Assembly: GCA_944392315.1 (NCBI GenBank)
Contig: CALXWH010000003.1
Coordinates: 22,909-86,908 of the forward strand
Length of the DNA: 64,000 bases
Reading direction: 5' to 3'
Source of the DNA: an uncultured Alphaproteobacteria bacterium
GTDB lineage: Bacteria > Pseudomonadota > Alphaproteobacteria > RF32 > CAG-239
How positions within the stretch are numbered: the stretch's first letter is position 1; every line of letters begins with the position of its first letter. Below the pieces are notes generated by a model. That model was not told where the DNA came from and ran no database searches. It worked only from the letters and a program-made list of their open reading frames with translations. This document shows, piece after piece, positions 18,962-29,740 of the stretch. The translations under genes were made by a program, and so were the position numbers.

Positions 18962-19627
18962 TTATTGAGCTAACTCTAACATAGCCTTTATCAAAGATTT
19001 TGCTCCTTTGTTTACCTCTGTAATATTACTTGCCAACATATAAGCCGGTGTGGTTACGATGCGATTTTTAACATCAACACACGCATCTTCCACTTTGGTG
19101 TCTTGCTGATGGGCTCCGGTTGCCTCTATGGACTTTGCGACTGTTTTATCGTTCCCTATTGTGACGGTAATACCATATTTCCCCAAAACTTTGGCCACAA
19201 TTACGGGCGCAATGCACATCGCACCGATGACTTTCTTTTGCTTATAGGCTTCTTCCAAAATGCGACTGATTGAATTTTCTACCCGACAGTCTATCCCGGC
19301 TTTGGCAAAATCACACCAGTTTGTTACGGCACCCAGGCCTCCCGGCAATAAAATTGCATCGTACGCACTTAAATCTAATTCGCTGATATCTTTTATATCG
19401 CCTCTGGCCAAACGGGCGGATTCTACCAATACATTACGGCGCTCTGAGGTCTTTTCCGATGTTAAACCGTTTATCACAACAGCTTGCTCAATATTCGGCG
19501 CATAACAATCATAGGTGCAACCTGCATCCGAGATGGCTAGCATGGCGGTCACCGTTTCATGAATTTCTGATCCGTCGGCACGGCCGCATCCGGATAATAT
19601 CATTGCAAATCTTGGCATCTTCTTCAT
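18962..19627 (-). CDS. elbB: DJ-1/PfpI family glyoxalase ElbB
   Basis: LSGCGRADGSEIHE, RNVLVESARLARG, PGGLGA, CIAP, TTPAYM. Confidence 0.9.
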   Translation of the reverse strand: MKKMPRFAMILSGCGRADGSEIHETVTAMLAISDAGCTYDCYAPNIEQAVVINGLTSEKTSERRNVLVESARLARGDIKDISELDLSAYDAILLPGGLGAVTNWCDFAKAGIDCRVENSISRILEEAYKQKKVIGAMCIAPVIVAKVLGKYGITVTIGNDKTVAKSIEATGAHQQDTKVEDACVDVKNRIVTTPAYMLASNITEVNKGAKSLIKAMLELAQ

Positions 19628-19790
19628 TTTTACTCTCCTTTGGTTCGTTTTGTTTCTTTCTTATACATAATACAAAATTAAAAAAAATTTAAGTGTTTTG
19701 GTTTATCTATTCTATTGATTTATTTTTAAGCGTGATTATACTGTTTGAACTTAAGTATCTGTTGTAATTTTTTTTGTGAAGTTTTGGGTT

Positions 19791-21053
19791 ATGGAAATTA
19801 AACAAACGACTTTATCTAACGGTTTAAAAGTTATTACCGCGGAAAGACCACAAATTGAAACTGTTTCTTTGGGTGTCTGGGTGAATACCGGGGCTGCTGC
19901 CGAATCGGAACAGGATAACGGGATTTCCCATTTTATTGAGCATATGGTTTTTAAGGGAACAAAAAAGAGAACTTCTTTGCAGATTTCCGAGGATATTGAA
20001 AATGTCGGCGGCGCTACAAACGCTTATACATCCAGACATTTTACCTGCTTTTATGCCAAAATGCTCAAAGATGACTTGGAATTAGCGGCGGATGTTATTT
20101 GTGATTTTATCACGGATCCGACGTTTGATGCCGGTGAAATGAAAAAAGAAAAAGAAGTCGTTGTGCAGGAAATTAAGCAATCTGTTGATGCTCCTGATGA
20201 CCTTGTATTTGATTATTTCCAAGAAGCTGCTTTTCCGCATCAGGCTTCGGGACGGACTATTTTGGGCAGTGTTGAAAATGTCAGAAGTTTTACAAAAGAA
20301 CGGATGCTTGCTTATATGCATACACATTATACGGCTGATAATATGGTTGCTGTTGCCGTGGGACGCGTTAATCATGATGACTTTGTGAAAATGATTGAAC
20401 AGCGTATGAGTGCGTTACCGCAGCATGTTGACTTTGTTGAAGATAAGCAAGTTTATGTCGGCGGTGGACGGGTGGAATGTAAAGATATTGAACAAACCCA
20501 TTTGGTTCTTGGCTTTAAGGGTGCTTCTTATATGGATAAAGATTACTATAACTATTCTGTTTTATCCACTATTTTCGGCGGAGGAATGTCCTCAAGATTG
20601 TTCCAAGAAATTCGCGAAAAACGTGGTTTGGTCTATACAATCAACAGCTTTAATCAGGCTTTGAAACACGCCGGTATTTTTGGTATCTATGCCGGAACGA
20701 CGCCTAAAGAATTAGATGAATTGTTGCCGGTGGTTGTTACCGAAATTAAAAAGCTAATGAATGAAAAAGTTTCGGAGACGGAGCTTAAAAGAGCTAAAAC
20801 ACAGATTAAGGCCAGCCTTTTGATGTCTTTGGAAAGTTCTTCTACCACAGCTGAAATTATCGCAAGACAAATGTTGCTCTTTAAACGCGTTATTCCGACT
20901 TCGGAAATTGTGGAGAAAATTGAGGCTATTTCCGCTCAAGACTTGCAAACCTTAGCGCAAAAGATTTTTACTTCCACGCCTACTTATGCTTTGCTTGGTT
21001 GTCAGGGTGGAAATTATCCTTCTTATGAAAAGGTTTGTGAGCTTTTGAAATAA
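19791..21053 (+). CDS. M16 family zinc peptidase (MPP-like)
   Basis: HFIEHMVFKGT, NAYTS, GGGMSSRLFQEIREKRGLVY. Confidence 0.92.
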   Translation: MEIKQTTLSNGLKVITAERPQIETVSLGVWVNTGAAAESEQDNGISHFIEHMVFKGTKKRTSLQISEDIENVGGATNAYTSRHFTCFYAKMLKDDLELAADVICDFITDPTFDAGEMKKEKEVVVQEIKQSVDAPDDLVFDYFQEAAFPHQASGRTILGSVENVRSFTKERMLAYMHTHYTADNMVAVAVGRVNHDDFVKMIEQRMSALPQHVDFVEDKQVYVGGGRVECKDIEQTHLVLGFKGASYMDKDYYNYSVLSTIFGGGMSSRLFQEIREKRGLVYTINSFNQALKHAGIFGIYAGTTPKELDELLPVVVTEIKKLMNEKVSETELKRAKTQIKASLLMSLESSSTTAEIIARQMLLFKRVIPTSEIVEKIEAISAQDLQTLAQKIFTSTPTYALLGCQGGNYPSYEKVCELLK

Positions 21054-21080
21054 TAAGGTAATTTACTGTTTTTTTAGTTA

Positions 21081-21112
21081 AAGAAAAGATGGAGGAATCC
21101 ATCTTTTCTTTT
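21081..21112. terminator. Bidirectional terminator
   Basis: AAGAAAAGATGGA-GGAA-TCCATCTTTTCTT. Confidence 0.75.
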
Positions 21113-21129
21113 TGCTTTTAAATGATTTT

Positions 21130-22713
21130 TTAGAAATATAAGAGAGATTTGGCCTTGTCTAAACCTTCCTCGGTTAGGACGATTATCACGATATCGCCAT
21201 CTATGTAAATTGACTTCTGTGACGGCCAGATCGCTGCTTCATTTCTGATAAAATCTTGACCTTTTTTAGATAATTGACCGACCACAGCGTTATCATAAAA
21301 GATATCTTCCGGATAATAGAAATTATATACTATGCGGGACATAAATTCAGGCGTATAGGAGGTCTCTAACAAATCCAAACTGGTTGCCTCTTTATTGGCT
21401 TTACGGTAATAATTTTCTCGCAAAGCAAAACTCCCTATTTGCAATAAGCGGTATTTTCGGTGGGCTGAAAAGGACGGTTGTTCTTCTAATCGGGAAACAA
21501 TGCGTTCATGCGCTTTCATTTCTGCATCAAAACCTAATTTCCACACTTTTTGAGCATATACATCACGCACGCAAGACATAAACGTTACAATAACCAATAC
21601 TCCCTCTATCAGTTTTTTTGTATATCGGTTATTATAAAACTCTAAGCACAACCGTGCGCCGAAAGCATATATCAGCGCTAATCCATAAAAATCAAGTCTC
21701 GGTACAAATGCAAAATTTTCCATTTCTGCCAAAACTTGTCCTCTTTCTTCTGCTAAAAAGTATGCTATTTTAGAAGCAAATAACATGCCCGCCATCCCTA
21801 TTATCAATATCGGGAGTTTTTTTATTCCGCCTTTTTGCATCAAAGCTATTACACCCAATACCGTGACCACTAGCAGAATAATTTTATATTTATATTCCAT
21901 AAAAGGCAGCGGCGTTATAAACTGTGTGAACATCACTTTGAAGGTTTCCCCTAACTTTGTCGGCAGATAATCAAGACTTATCATTTGCGTATTGTAGTTT
22001 GAGGTTAATGAAGCAAAGCTAATAACGATTTTGTAGCCTATCAACGCGATGAGGATATCGGCCATAACTGCCAGTTTATTCTTAATAATCCCGCTTAAAT
22101 CTTTATCTTTTGCATATTCTACCAACATTTTCCCGATGAGGCACACCCCATAAAAATTGATGACGGCCGCATATGACGAAAAGGAAAACAACATCAACAC
22201 CACCGCGCCGATATGCCAGAGCCATTTGGGTTTTCCTTCCTTTTTTTCTGCCATCATCAATGCACCGACACTTATTAGCGGCAAACTTAAATTTATCAGT
22301 GTATCTTTGGCATAGTAGAGCCACACCAACGTATAAGGCAAAACAGCAAAAAAAGTGGCAAACACCGCATAATTAAAAGTCGTTAGCGGTAACTTCCAAT
22401 ATTTGGCAAGCATTATTCCGCCTAGAACTAAAGCCGCGAAGGAAATGAGATTATTCAGAACCGGCAAAATCTGACCATCAAAAAAGATACTTTGCAACAC
22501 AAAATGCAGCGGACGCCCTTCAAAAGAGCCTTCACTCCAATATGTTCCGCTTCGGATATAATTCCAATCATGGTCGCCAAACATAAAGTTTATTGTGTGA
22601 AACAAAAAGACGATGTTCACAATGCCAAAAGCTATCAGAAACGCTCGTAAATAACTTTTATCCATGTTCTTTAGTTTGGTTTTAAGACTTTTTTCCAACT
22701 CTAAATATCCCAT
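21130..22713 (-). CDS. GtrII-like integral membrane glucosyltransferase (GT-C)
   Basis: About 11 TM helices, GDHD...EGRP first-loop motif, PR motif, soluble C-terminal domain. Confidence 0.65.
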   Translation of the reverse strand: MGYLELEKSLKTKLKNMDKSYLRAFLIAFGIVNIVFLFHTINFMFGDHDWNYIRSGTYWSEGSFEGRPLHFVLQSIFFDGQILPVLNNLISFAALVLGGIMLAKYWKLPLTTFNYAVFATFFAVLPYTLVWLYYAKDTLINLSLPLISVGALMMAEKKEGKPKWLWHIGAVVLMLFSFSSYAAVINFYGVCLIGKMLVEYAKDKDLSGIIKNKLAVMADILIALIGYKIVISFASLTSNYNTQMISLDYLPTKLGETFKVMFTQFITPLPFMEYKYKIILLVVTVLGVIALMQKGGIKKLPILIIGMAGMLFASKIAYFLAEERGQVLAEMENFAFVPRLDFYGLALIYAFGARLCLEFYNNRYTKKLIEGVLVIVTFMSCVRDVYAQKVWKLGFDAEMKAHERIVSRLEEQPSFSAHRKYRLLQIGSFALRENYYRKANKEATSLDLLETSYTPEFMSRIVYNFYYPEDIFYDNAVVGQLSKKGQDFIRNEAAIWPSQKSIYIDGDIVIIVLTEEGLDKAKSLLYF

Positions 22714-22726
22714 TTCCGCGCCTCTC

Positions 22727-23896
22727 TTATTTATATGATTTTTCGTATATATCCAAGCAATCCTTTACGCTTAAATCACATGGGTCTAATAAAAACGATA
22801 CGGCATTTTGCGTCTTTGCGGCTTCGGCAAACTCTTTTAAGCGTGACTTTTCTATGCCATAATCGCTCATCTTCAAATTATCCGCACCGCAGGCTTTTTG
22901 CAAATCTTTTAAGGCTTCAATAAAGTCTTCCGGTGTTTTGGCATCTTTTTTACCCATTGCTTTGGCCATTTCAACCAAACGTTCATCACTGCTGTGTTTC
23001 TCGGCTATCTTGCTAAAATATGCCACACTCAGCATAATTAAGCCGGCGCCATGCGGCAAATTTTTGTGTGCACCGCTTAATACGTGTTCCAATGCGTGCT
23101 CGGAAATGCATCCAGATGTGCTTTCTACCATGCCGGATAATGTATTTGCCAGTGCCATATTTTCACGCGCATCCATATCGTTTCCGTCAAAAACGGCTAA
23201 TGGCAAATTTTTAGCAATCAGGCTAATGGCTTTTAAGGCAAAAATATCGCTTATCGGGGTGGCAATATTTGCCAAATATCCCTCTAAACTATGAAACAGT
23301 GCATCAAACCCTTGGTATATGGTATAATTTTTCGGAACGCTCAGCATAAGTTCCGGATCAACAACAGCCAAAACCGGAAATGTTTCATCTATGCCAAAAC
23401 CGAATTTTTCTTCTGTTTCTTCATTGCTGATAACCGTCCATGGGTCTGCTTCCGTTCCGGTGCCGGCGGTGGTGGTTATGGCGACTATCGGGAGAGGTTT
23501 TTGAGTTATCTTTTGTCTTTTGCCGGTGCCGCGCATCATATAATCCCAGTAATCGCCTTTGTTGGTGGCCATAATCGCAATAGCCTTTGATGCGTCTATC
23601 GGTGAACCGCCGCCCAAACCTAATACAAAATCACATCCCTCCTTCTTGGCAAGTGCTGCTCCTTCCATTACTTCTTTTCTATCCGGATTGGCGGTGATTT
23701 TATTATATATAACATAAGATACACCGGCGGCTGTCAGCTCTTCTTCCGTTCTTGCCAAATAACCGTTATCTATTACCGAACGTCCGTTGGTCGTTACTAT
23801 CAAGGCCTTTTTACCGGGGAGCTTTTCTTTGTGCAGATTGCTCAACTGTCCGCGGCCGAAGAGAATTTTTGTCGGTATATAATATGTAAAATTCAT
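22727..23896 (-). CDS. Iron-containing alcohol dehydrogenase
   Basis: GGGSPIDASK, TTAGTGTE, DALFHSLE, HALEH, HGAGL. Confidence 0.92.
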   Translation of the reverse strand: MNFTYYIPTKILFGRGQLSNLHKEKLPGKKALIVTTNGRSVIDNGYLARTEEELTAAGVSYVIYNKITANPDRKEVMEGAALAKKEGCDFVLGLGGGSPIDASKAIAIMATNKGDYWDYMMRGTGKRQKITQKPLPIVAITTTAGTGTEADPWTVISNEETEEKFGFGIDETFPVLAVVDPELMLSVPKNYTIYQGFDALFHSLEGYLANIATPISDIFALKAISLIAKNLPLAVFDGNDMDARENMALANTLSGMVESTSGCISEHALEHVLSGAHKNLPHGAGLIMLSVAYFSKIAEKHSSDERLVEMAKAMGKKDAKTPEDFIEALKDLQKACGADNLKMSDYGIEKSRLKEFAEAAKTQNAVSFLLDPCDLSVKDCLDIYEKSYK

Positions 23897-23905
23897 GTTT
23901 GCCTC

Positions 23906-24856
23906 CTATTTGAATATTTCAAAACTCTTGTTATAATTTAATGACAGGCCAAATGTACTTTGAGCGCGCGATCTTGAGGCACCTCTGGTCTTGGCTAATT
24001 CATAATTGTAAAACGGTGCTAAATATAAGTCGCCAACGAGCTTTGTTTCAATACGATTGTTTAGGCTTAATTTATATTCAAAGTCCGTTGCTTCATATTC
24101 ACTGTAACTGAAGAAATGACGATAGTACCCTTCTGATACAAATGAGGTCAGCGGATTTATCGGATAATTGAATTCATAACCGATTTCACCGCCGGTTTTC
24201 ATATTGTCTTCTTCATAGGTCATGTCATCTTCTTCTACTAAGGCGACATATAGTTGCTTAAAATATTGTCCGTCATAAAATTTTAAACCGGTTTTTCCGC
24301 GTAAAATTTGCGTGCGATAACTGCTGCCGTCCAAATCAAAATCCGTAAATTCCGTCTCATACCCCAAATACGCAAAAGGACCGATTGAACCTTCATCTAA
24401 ATGCCATGTTTTTTGTGTATAATCCGTAAACAGCAATATCTCATCGTCTTTTTCATTTTCGCTCGTTTTGCCGTCTTCACTGGTTTTGGATTTGCTGTAG
24501 ATTGCATATAGCCCGTTTACCCAGACCATACTGTTTTTTTCAAACGTTACATTTCCGTCAAAAACGCCGCCGATATTGGTTTCTTCATCTGCATTATATG
24601 TGTCCGGATAATTTTCGTCTTCTTTGTTGGTGACGCTGTGTTCCATATATTCCACACCGATACGTTTGATATTTGCGCTCCAAAGTCCCTGCTCCGATTG
24701 TTTGAGCTTATCTTGTGCGGCTTCTTCAGCGATTGCTTCAGCTAAAACTTTTTCTTCTAAATCTTCACTTGCTTCCTCTGCCTTTACTGCTTGCGGTGTT
24801 ATGCTCAGCAAAATCCCCGCTAACAAGAAAACGACACCTAAACTTCTTATTTGCAT
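23906..24856 (-). CDS. Putative outer-membrane beta-barrel protein (DUF481/DUF3078-like)
   Basis: Signal peptide, alternating amphipathic beta strands, near-terminal Phe. Confidence 0.55.
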   Translation of the reverse strand: MQIRSLGVVFLLAGILLSITPQAVKAEEASEDLEEKVLAEAIAEEAAQDKLKQSEQGLWSANIKRIGVEYMEHSVTNKEDENYPDTYNADEETNIGGVFDGNVTFEKNSMVWVNGLYAIYSKSKTSEDGKTSENEKDDEILLFTDYTQKTWHLDEGSIGPFAYLGYETEFTDFDLDGSSYRTQILRGKTGLKFYDGQYFKQLYVALVEEDDMTYEEDNMKTGGEIGYEFNYPINPLTSFVSEGYYRHFFSYSEYEATDFEYKLSLNNRIETKLVGDLYLAPFYNYELAKTRGASRSRAQSTFGLSLNYNKSFEIFK

Positions 24857-24960
24857 ACCTATCCCTTTTTACTGTTTATCGGGTATAAGTCTAGCTGCTT
24901 TTGCTTTGTTCGCAAAAGTTTTTATTACTTTATCAACGACTATTATCGGTATTTGAAATT

Positions 24961-25812
24961 TTAGTGGCTGCTGCTGTTTTTCTTAAACAAGGCACGCATT
25001 ATCAGCTTAAATCTATCTTTGAATTTCAGCTCCGGCTTAGGGGATATTATTTCCCAGCCGCGCTTATCCATTAGCTCAAAATAGGCGTGGTACAAATTCA
25101 GCATATAGACAATCGGCTTTGAGTTGCGGTTATGCTTTTCTTCTAACAGGCGATAGGCTTCGGCAAAAGCTGAACGCGCCATGTTCGCCATTTTTTGACG
25201 AGCAACATATAAATTTTTATGCGTCAAAATATCTTTGGCCGTTAAACTTTCATCAATTTCCGCTGCTTTCAAGTATTCGTCCGGAATATACATATGACCG
25301 CCCAAAGCATCTTCTTTGATGTTTTTTAAGATGTTGGTTATTTCTACCGCGCGGCCGATTTGCTTGCCTAATTCCATTGTTGTTTCTTCATCAAAATCGC
25401 CCACCACTTTTAAAATCAAATAACACGGAAGTTCCGATACACCGCGGCAATAGGTTTCAAATTCTTGCAAACTCGGGCGAAACAAAGGCTTCGGGCAATC
25501 CATGGCAAAACTTGATAAAATCGTTTCCAAATTTTCTCTTGAAAACTTGAAACGCATACAATTTTTATATATACGCCGGCCGATATCCGTCTCGGGAACT
25601 TTTTTATCATAGATATTAGAAACTTCTCGCTGCCATGCGGCCAGAATATCTCCTTTTTCTTTTTCAGGTAAAGAACTGGAGCTTAAATCATCAAAATGTT
25701 TCACCAGCGCATATAAGGTATATACCGCTTCTCGCTTGGCTTTGGGATAGTGTCTCGTGCACCAAAATAAAGCTGAATGATTTTTTCTGACAATTCGTCC
25801 TATGGAGCTCAT
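24961..25812 (-). CDS. Squalene/phytoene synthase family, HpnD-like, degenerate motifs
   Basis: LYA...FDD, YCRGV, TNILKNIKEDA..G.MYIP. Confidence 0.75.
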   Translation of the reverse strand: MSSIGRIVRKNHSALFWCTRHYPKAKREAVYTLYALVKHFDDLSSSSLPEKEKGDILAAWQREVSNIYDKKVPETDIGRRIYKNCMRFKFSRENLETILSSFAMDCPKPLFRPSLQEFETYCRGVSELPCYLILKVVGDFDEETTMELGKQIGRAVEITNILKNIKEDALGGHMYIPDEYLKAAEIDESLTAKDILTHKNLYVARQKMANMARSAFAEAYRLLEEKHNRNSKPIVYMLNLYHAYFELMDKRGWEIISPKPELKFKDRFKLIMRALFKKNSSSH

Positions 25813-25836
25813 TTTCTTTCCTATTCTTGAAACAGT

Positions 25837-26625
25837 TTATTTGATTTTCATCTCTTTGGTTTGATTTTTTGTAGTTAAGTTGTACCATAAACCATATAAA
25901 AATGCGTTAACATATACTAAAAAATTTATTTTTTGTACGACTTTTTCGGTTAAAATTGTATTAAGTCCGATAAAAAAACCGATTTTAGAGCGAAATGTCA
26001 CACCTCTCGTGACGCTTAGCAGTTGTTGTTCTGATTTTAAGCCTTTCTTTAGGCGTTGGGTTATCTTCTTATCGCCCGTGCTGATACCGGATTTTTTTAA
26101 GATTCGGCGTAGGCCCTCATATTCTTGCACATAGCGGCTGATATATGAAAATACTAAATTTGAAAACGGTTGATAAAACGACGGCGTTTGATTATTCAAG
26201 ACCGCGACCATTCTTGATATTGGTGATATAATTTGCAACCCCATCGGGGAGGCTTCCGTTAATTCTAGGGGATACAAATTCTTTGAAACCCACTCAAAAC
26301 CGTCTAACGGTTCTAACAATAATGACAGAGATAAATTGCGCTTTATAAACTCTTTTTGCAAATAGCCCAACAGATTTTTTTCGCTCCATTCTCGTTTGCT
26401 CACAGCTTGATAAAGGTAATTAAAACTCTTTTGATGAACTTTCTTTTCTCCCAAACCTCGGATTGCCAACAGATGCAGATACTTCAGGTATTGCACAAAA
26501 AATGCCTCGTCCTTTTTTGGAATTAGCTTCAAATACAACGATAACGGCGGCAATATCACCGCTTCGTTCTTTTTACTATTCAGCAACGGAAATAGCGGCT
26601 TTTCTGTTGTCTTAACCGATTTCAT
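25837..26625 (-). CDS. Highly divergent HpnC-like squalene-synthase-fold protein
   Basis: Sits between trmFO and hpnD-like; remnants LLEPLDGF and SPISRMV; no DDxxD. Confidence 0.4.
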   Translation of the reverse strand: MKSVKTTEKPLFPLLNSKKNEAVILPPLSLYLKLIPKKDEAFFVQYLKYLHLLAIRGLGEKKVHQKSFNYLYQAVSKREWSEKNLLGYLQKEFIKRNLSLSLLLEPLDGFEWVSKNLYPLELTEASPMGLQIISPISRMVAVLNNQTPSFYQPFSNLVFSYISRYVQEYEGLRRILKKSGISTGDKKITQRLKKGLKSEQQLLSVTRGVTFRSKIGFFIGLNTILTEKVVQKINFLVYVNAFLYGLWYNLTTKNQTKEMKIK

Positions 26626-27961
26626 GCAGCCATCCTTCCAATGCTTTGAGTGCACGCGCCGATAAGGCTGCTTTTTTTTCGGTTCCTTTTAAATAACGCA
26701 ACTTTCCTTTAGCGGTTTCTACCTTCGGCAGTTCCGGAAACAATCCGAAATTGATATTCATCGGCTGATAGTGTTCAATATCCGTATCATCTTGCAAGTG
26801 CGCCAACTGACACCCAAATGCCGTTTCTCGCGGCGGCAGATGCGGCGTGTTCCCTTTGATGATTTCTGCGGCAAAATATCCGGCAAGCCAACCGACGGAA
26901 GCACTCTCCACATATCCTTCGCATCCGGTGATTTGTCCGGCAAACATGAGGTATGGCTTTGTTTTTAGCCGCAAATATTTATCTAGGAGAATCGGAGACT
27001 TTATGAACGTATTTTTATGAATTCCACCTAGTCTTGCAAAAACGGCGTTTTCAAGTCCCGGAATCGTGCGGAAAATGCGTGTTTGTTCGGCGTGTTTTAA
27101 TTTGGTTTGAAATCCGACCATATTGCGCAAGGTATCTTCTTTATTATCTTGTCTTAACTGCACAACCGCATAAGGACGCTCTCCGGTGTGCGGATTGGTT
27201 AGTCCAACCGGCTTCATCGGACCATACATCAGAGTATCTTTTCCACGTTCTGCCATAACTTCCACGGGCAAGCAACCGTCAAAATATGTCGGTGTTTCAA
27301 AATCGTGAAATTCAGCTTTTTCTCCGTTCAGCAACGCCTCAACAAAAGCGTAATATTGCTCTTTATCAAGCGGACAATTGATATAATCAAACTTATCGCC
27401 TTTGTCGTACCGGGATTGATACCAGGCTTTGGTAAAATCTATGCTCTCTTTATATACGACCGGGGCTATCGCATCATAGAAAGAAAGTTTTTCACCGCCT
27501 ATGGCTTCAGATATGCCGGCAGACAAAGCCTCTGAAGTCAACGGACCGGTGGCAATAATACTTAGCCCATCTTCTTCTTTGGGAAGTGAGGTTATCTCTT
27601 TTTCTATCACTTCTATTTTGGGGTGAGATTTGATTTTTTCAGTTATATAGGCGGAAAACCCCTCTCTATCCACGGCCAGAGCCCCACCTGCCGGGACTTT
27701 ATTTTTATCGGCACTTTCCATGATTAAAGATTTGGCTCGCCGCATTTCTTCATGTAATAAGCCGACGGCGTTATAAACCGCATCATCCGAACGAAGTGAA
27801 TTGGAACATACCAACTCGGCCAAAGTATCGCTTTTATGCGCTGGTGTATGTTTTTGCGGTTTCATTTCATAGAGCTTTACCTCTACACCTCTTTGTGCGA
27901 TTTGCCACGCTGCCTCGGCGCCGGCTAAACCTCCGCCTATAACGTTTATATGTTCGGACAT
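26612..27961 (-). CDS. trmFO: Folate/FAD-dependent tRNA m5U54 methyltransferase TrmFO
   Basis: [48 protein letters not shown]. Confidence 0.95.
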   Translation of the reverse strand: MSEHINVIGGGLAGAEAAWQIAQRGVEVKLYEMKPQKHTPAHKSDTLAELVCSNSLRSDDAVYNAVGLLHEEMRRAKSLIMESADKNKVPAGGALAVDREGFSAYITEKIKSHPKIEVIEKEITSLPKEEDGLSIIATGPLTSEALSAGISEAIGGEKLSFYDAIAPVVYKESIDFTKAWYQSRYDKGDKFDYINCPLDKEQYYAFVEALLNGEKAEFHDFETPTYFDGCLPVEVMAERGKDTLMYGPMKPVGLTNPHTGERPYAVVQLRQDNKEDTLRNMVGFQTKLKHAEQTRIFRTIPGLENAVFARLGGIHKNTFIKSPILLDKYLRLKTKPYLMFAGQITGCEGYVESASVGWLAGYFAAEIIKGNTPHLPPRETAFGCQLAHLQDDTDIEHYQPMNINFGLFPELPKVETAKGKLRYLKGTEKKAALSARALKALEGWLHEIG

Positions 27962-28080
27962 TACTTCCCTCTTTTCTTCTTATTTTTGCTTTTTGGTTAT
28001 ATGATGACTTCTTCGGTTTGTAAATACTAAAAATTAGATGATTTTTAAAAAAAGTTTGTTATAATGGCGCAAAATGGATT

Positions 28081-29049
28081 ATGGAAATGAGTAAAAACAG
28101 ATTGTTAGCTTTCTTCTTCGTTTTATACGGCGGCGTGATGCTTTTGGTTACGCCGGCGTTGGCGCAATCTGAAATGGATCTGCTGATGTTTGAGAAAAAA
28201 GCCGAAGGTGTCCAAAATTCTCAAAAGAAAAAAAATAAATCCTCTGTTGATATTTCCGAATCTCTTACCGAAAACTTATCCAAATCCGAAAAGAAAAAAG
28301 AAAGCAGCAATGATAGCGAAAATCCAGAAACGGAAAGTTGGCTCAAAAGTTTGATTTCTAAAGGTACAAGCGAAATTTTTAAAGAGCAAACTGTTAAAGA
28401 AAAAGAAGCCGAAGAAAAACGCATTGAGCGTGTCTTGCTTAACAGACGCTCTAATGCCGCTAATTTTGATATTTCTAAAGTTAAGCTCAGAATGTCCCCA
28501 AAAGAGGTTGAAGATACCTTAACCGCACAAGGTTATCGTAAAATTCAGGAAAAAATGGAAATTCCTAACTTTATTAAATGGCGTAGTGAAGAATTATGTC
28601 GGCAACACGGTGTTATCGGATTTGAAAGACTTAATGCATGCGCAACCATGATGGCTAAAGAAAATGGTTTTCAATTTGTGGAGTACCAAATTTATAACCG
28701 TTATATCACGCGCGAAAGTATTGAGGTTTATTTTACTTCTACCTTTACGGATAATTTGGCTCATAGAATTTTTTATAAAAGCTCTGTGCCTTTTAACGAC
28801 AGTAAAGCCTCTAAAAATGTTTATTTGAACAATCTGAAAGTGTTTGACTTTTGGCGGCGCATAGATTTGAAATACGGCAAGCCCGATAACGAAACGGAAG
28901 TTAAATGGGGATTGGGCGGTAAAAAGCCTTATCTGAAGGCATCAACCGGACGCTTGGAACTAGCAGACCCTTTGCTTAAAGATTTGGATACGGCGCGAAT
29001 GCTCAATGAAGATACAAGATTCGCCAATACGCAATATTACACCTTTTAA
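28081..29049 (+). CDS. Exported hypothetical protein
   Basis: Signal peptide ending ALA-Q, charged linker, globular C-terminal domain. Confidence 0.7.
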   Translation: MEMSKNRLLAFFFVLYGGVMLLVTPALAQSEMDLLMFEKKAEGVQNSQKKKNKSSVDISESLTENLSKSEKKKESSNDSENPETESWLKSLISKGTSEIFKEQTVKEKEAEEKRIERVLLNRRSNAANFDISKVKLRMSPKEVEDTLTAQGYRKIQEKMEIPNFIKWRSEELCRQHGVIGFERLNACATMMAKENGFQFVEYQIYNRYITRESIEVYFTSTFTDNLAHRIFYKSSVPFNDSKASKNVYLNNLKVFDFWRRIDLKYGKPDNETEVKWGLGGKKPYLKASTGRLELADPLLKDLDTARMLNEDTRFANTQYYTF

Positions 29050-29129
29050 ACGTTTTTTTAAATGCTTTGCGTGCATATAAGGGATAATTTATTTGACTTA
29101 TAGAAGCCTTTAATTGAAAGATTTTTGAT

Positions 29130-29735
29130 ATGAGTAATAGTAATGTTTATTTATCCGAACTTATCGCAACGAGATTATCTCATGACCTTATCGGCAATAT
29201 CGGCGCCGTTTCTAATGCCGTGGAGCTGCTTAATGAAGGGGATGAGGATGATAAAGAAGATATTTCAAATATCTTAAATTTCAGCTCAAAAGTTTTAAGT
29301 AAAAGGCTTAAATTTTTTAGACTCTGCTTTGGGCTGTCTAATGCGGCGGTTAAGTCTTTGGATGAGTTGATTACGATTTCTAACGATTACCTTTCTACTT
29401 TGGGGAACCCTAATTTTCCGATTGTGGCGGATTTTAAGATTTCTACCCCGAAGGTTTATAAATTAGTTATGCCCGCAGTGATGATGATGGCCGACACGAT
29501 TATTAAAGGCGGCAAAATTACCATTACCGAAACCGAAGAGGCTCTGCTTATTCAGCCCTCCTCTCCGGCTACACTTAACCAGACCAAGTTTGATAATATC
29601 AACCATATTCTTAATGGCGGAAAACCTGAGGAAAATCCATCTTCGTATGCACCTTTGATTTATTTGTTGGAATATCTGAAAGGAAGCGGTGTACAGGTGC
29701 AATTAAACAACCAAACTTTAGTTATCGGAGCTTAA
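29130..29735 (+). CDS. chpT: Histidine phosphotransferase ChpT
   Basis: LIATRLSHDLIGNIGAVSNAVELL and RLKFFRLCFG motifs. Confidence 0.85.
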   Translation: MSNSNVYLSELIATRLSHDLIGNIGAVSNAVELLNEGDEDDKEDISNILNFSSKVLSKRLKFFRLCFGLSNAAVKSLDELITISNDYLSTLGNPNFPIVADFKISTPKVYKLVMPAVMMMADTIIKGGKITITETEEALLIQPSSPATLNQTKFDNINHILNGGKPEENPSSYAPLIYLLEYLKGSGVQVQLNNQTLVIGA

Positions 29736-29740
29736 GGGTA

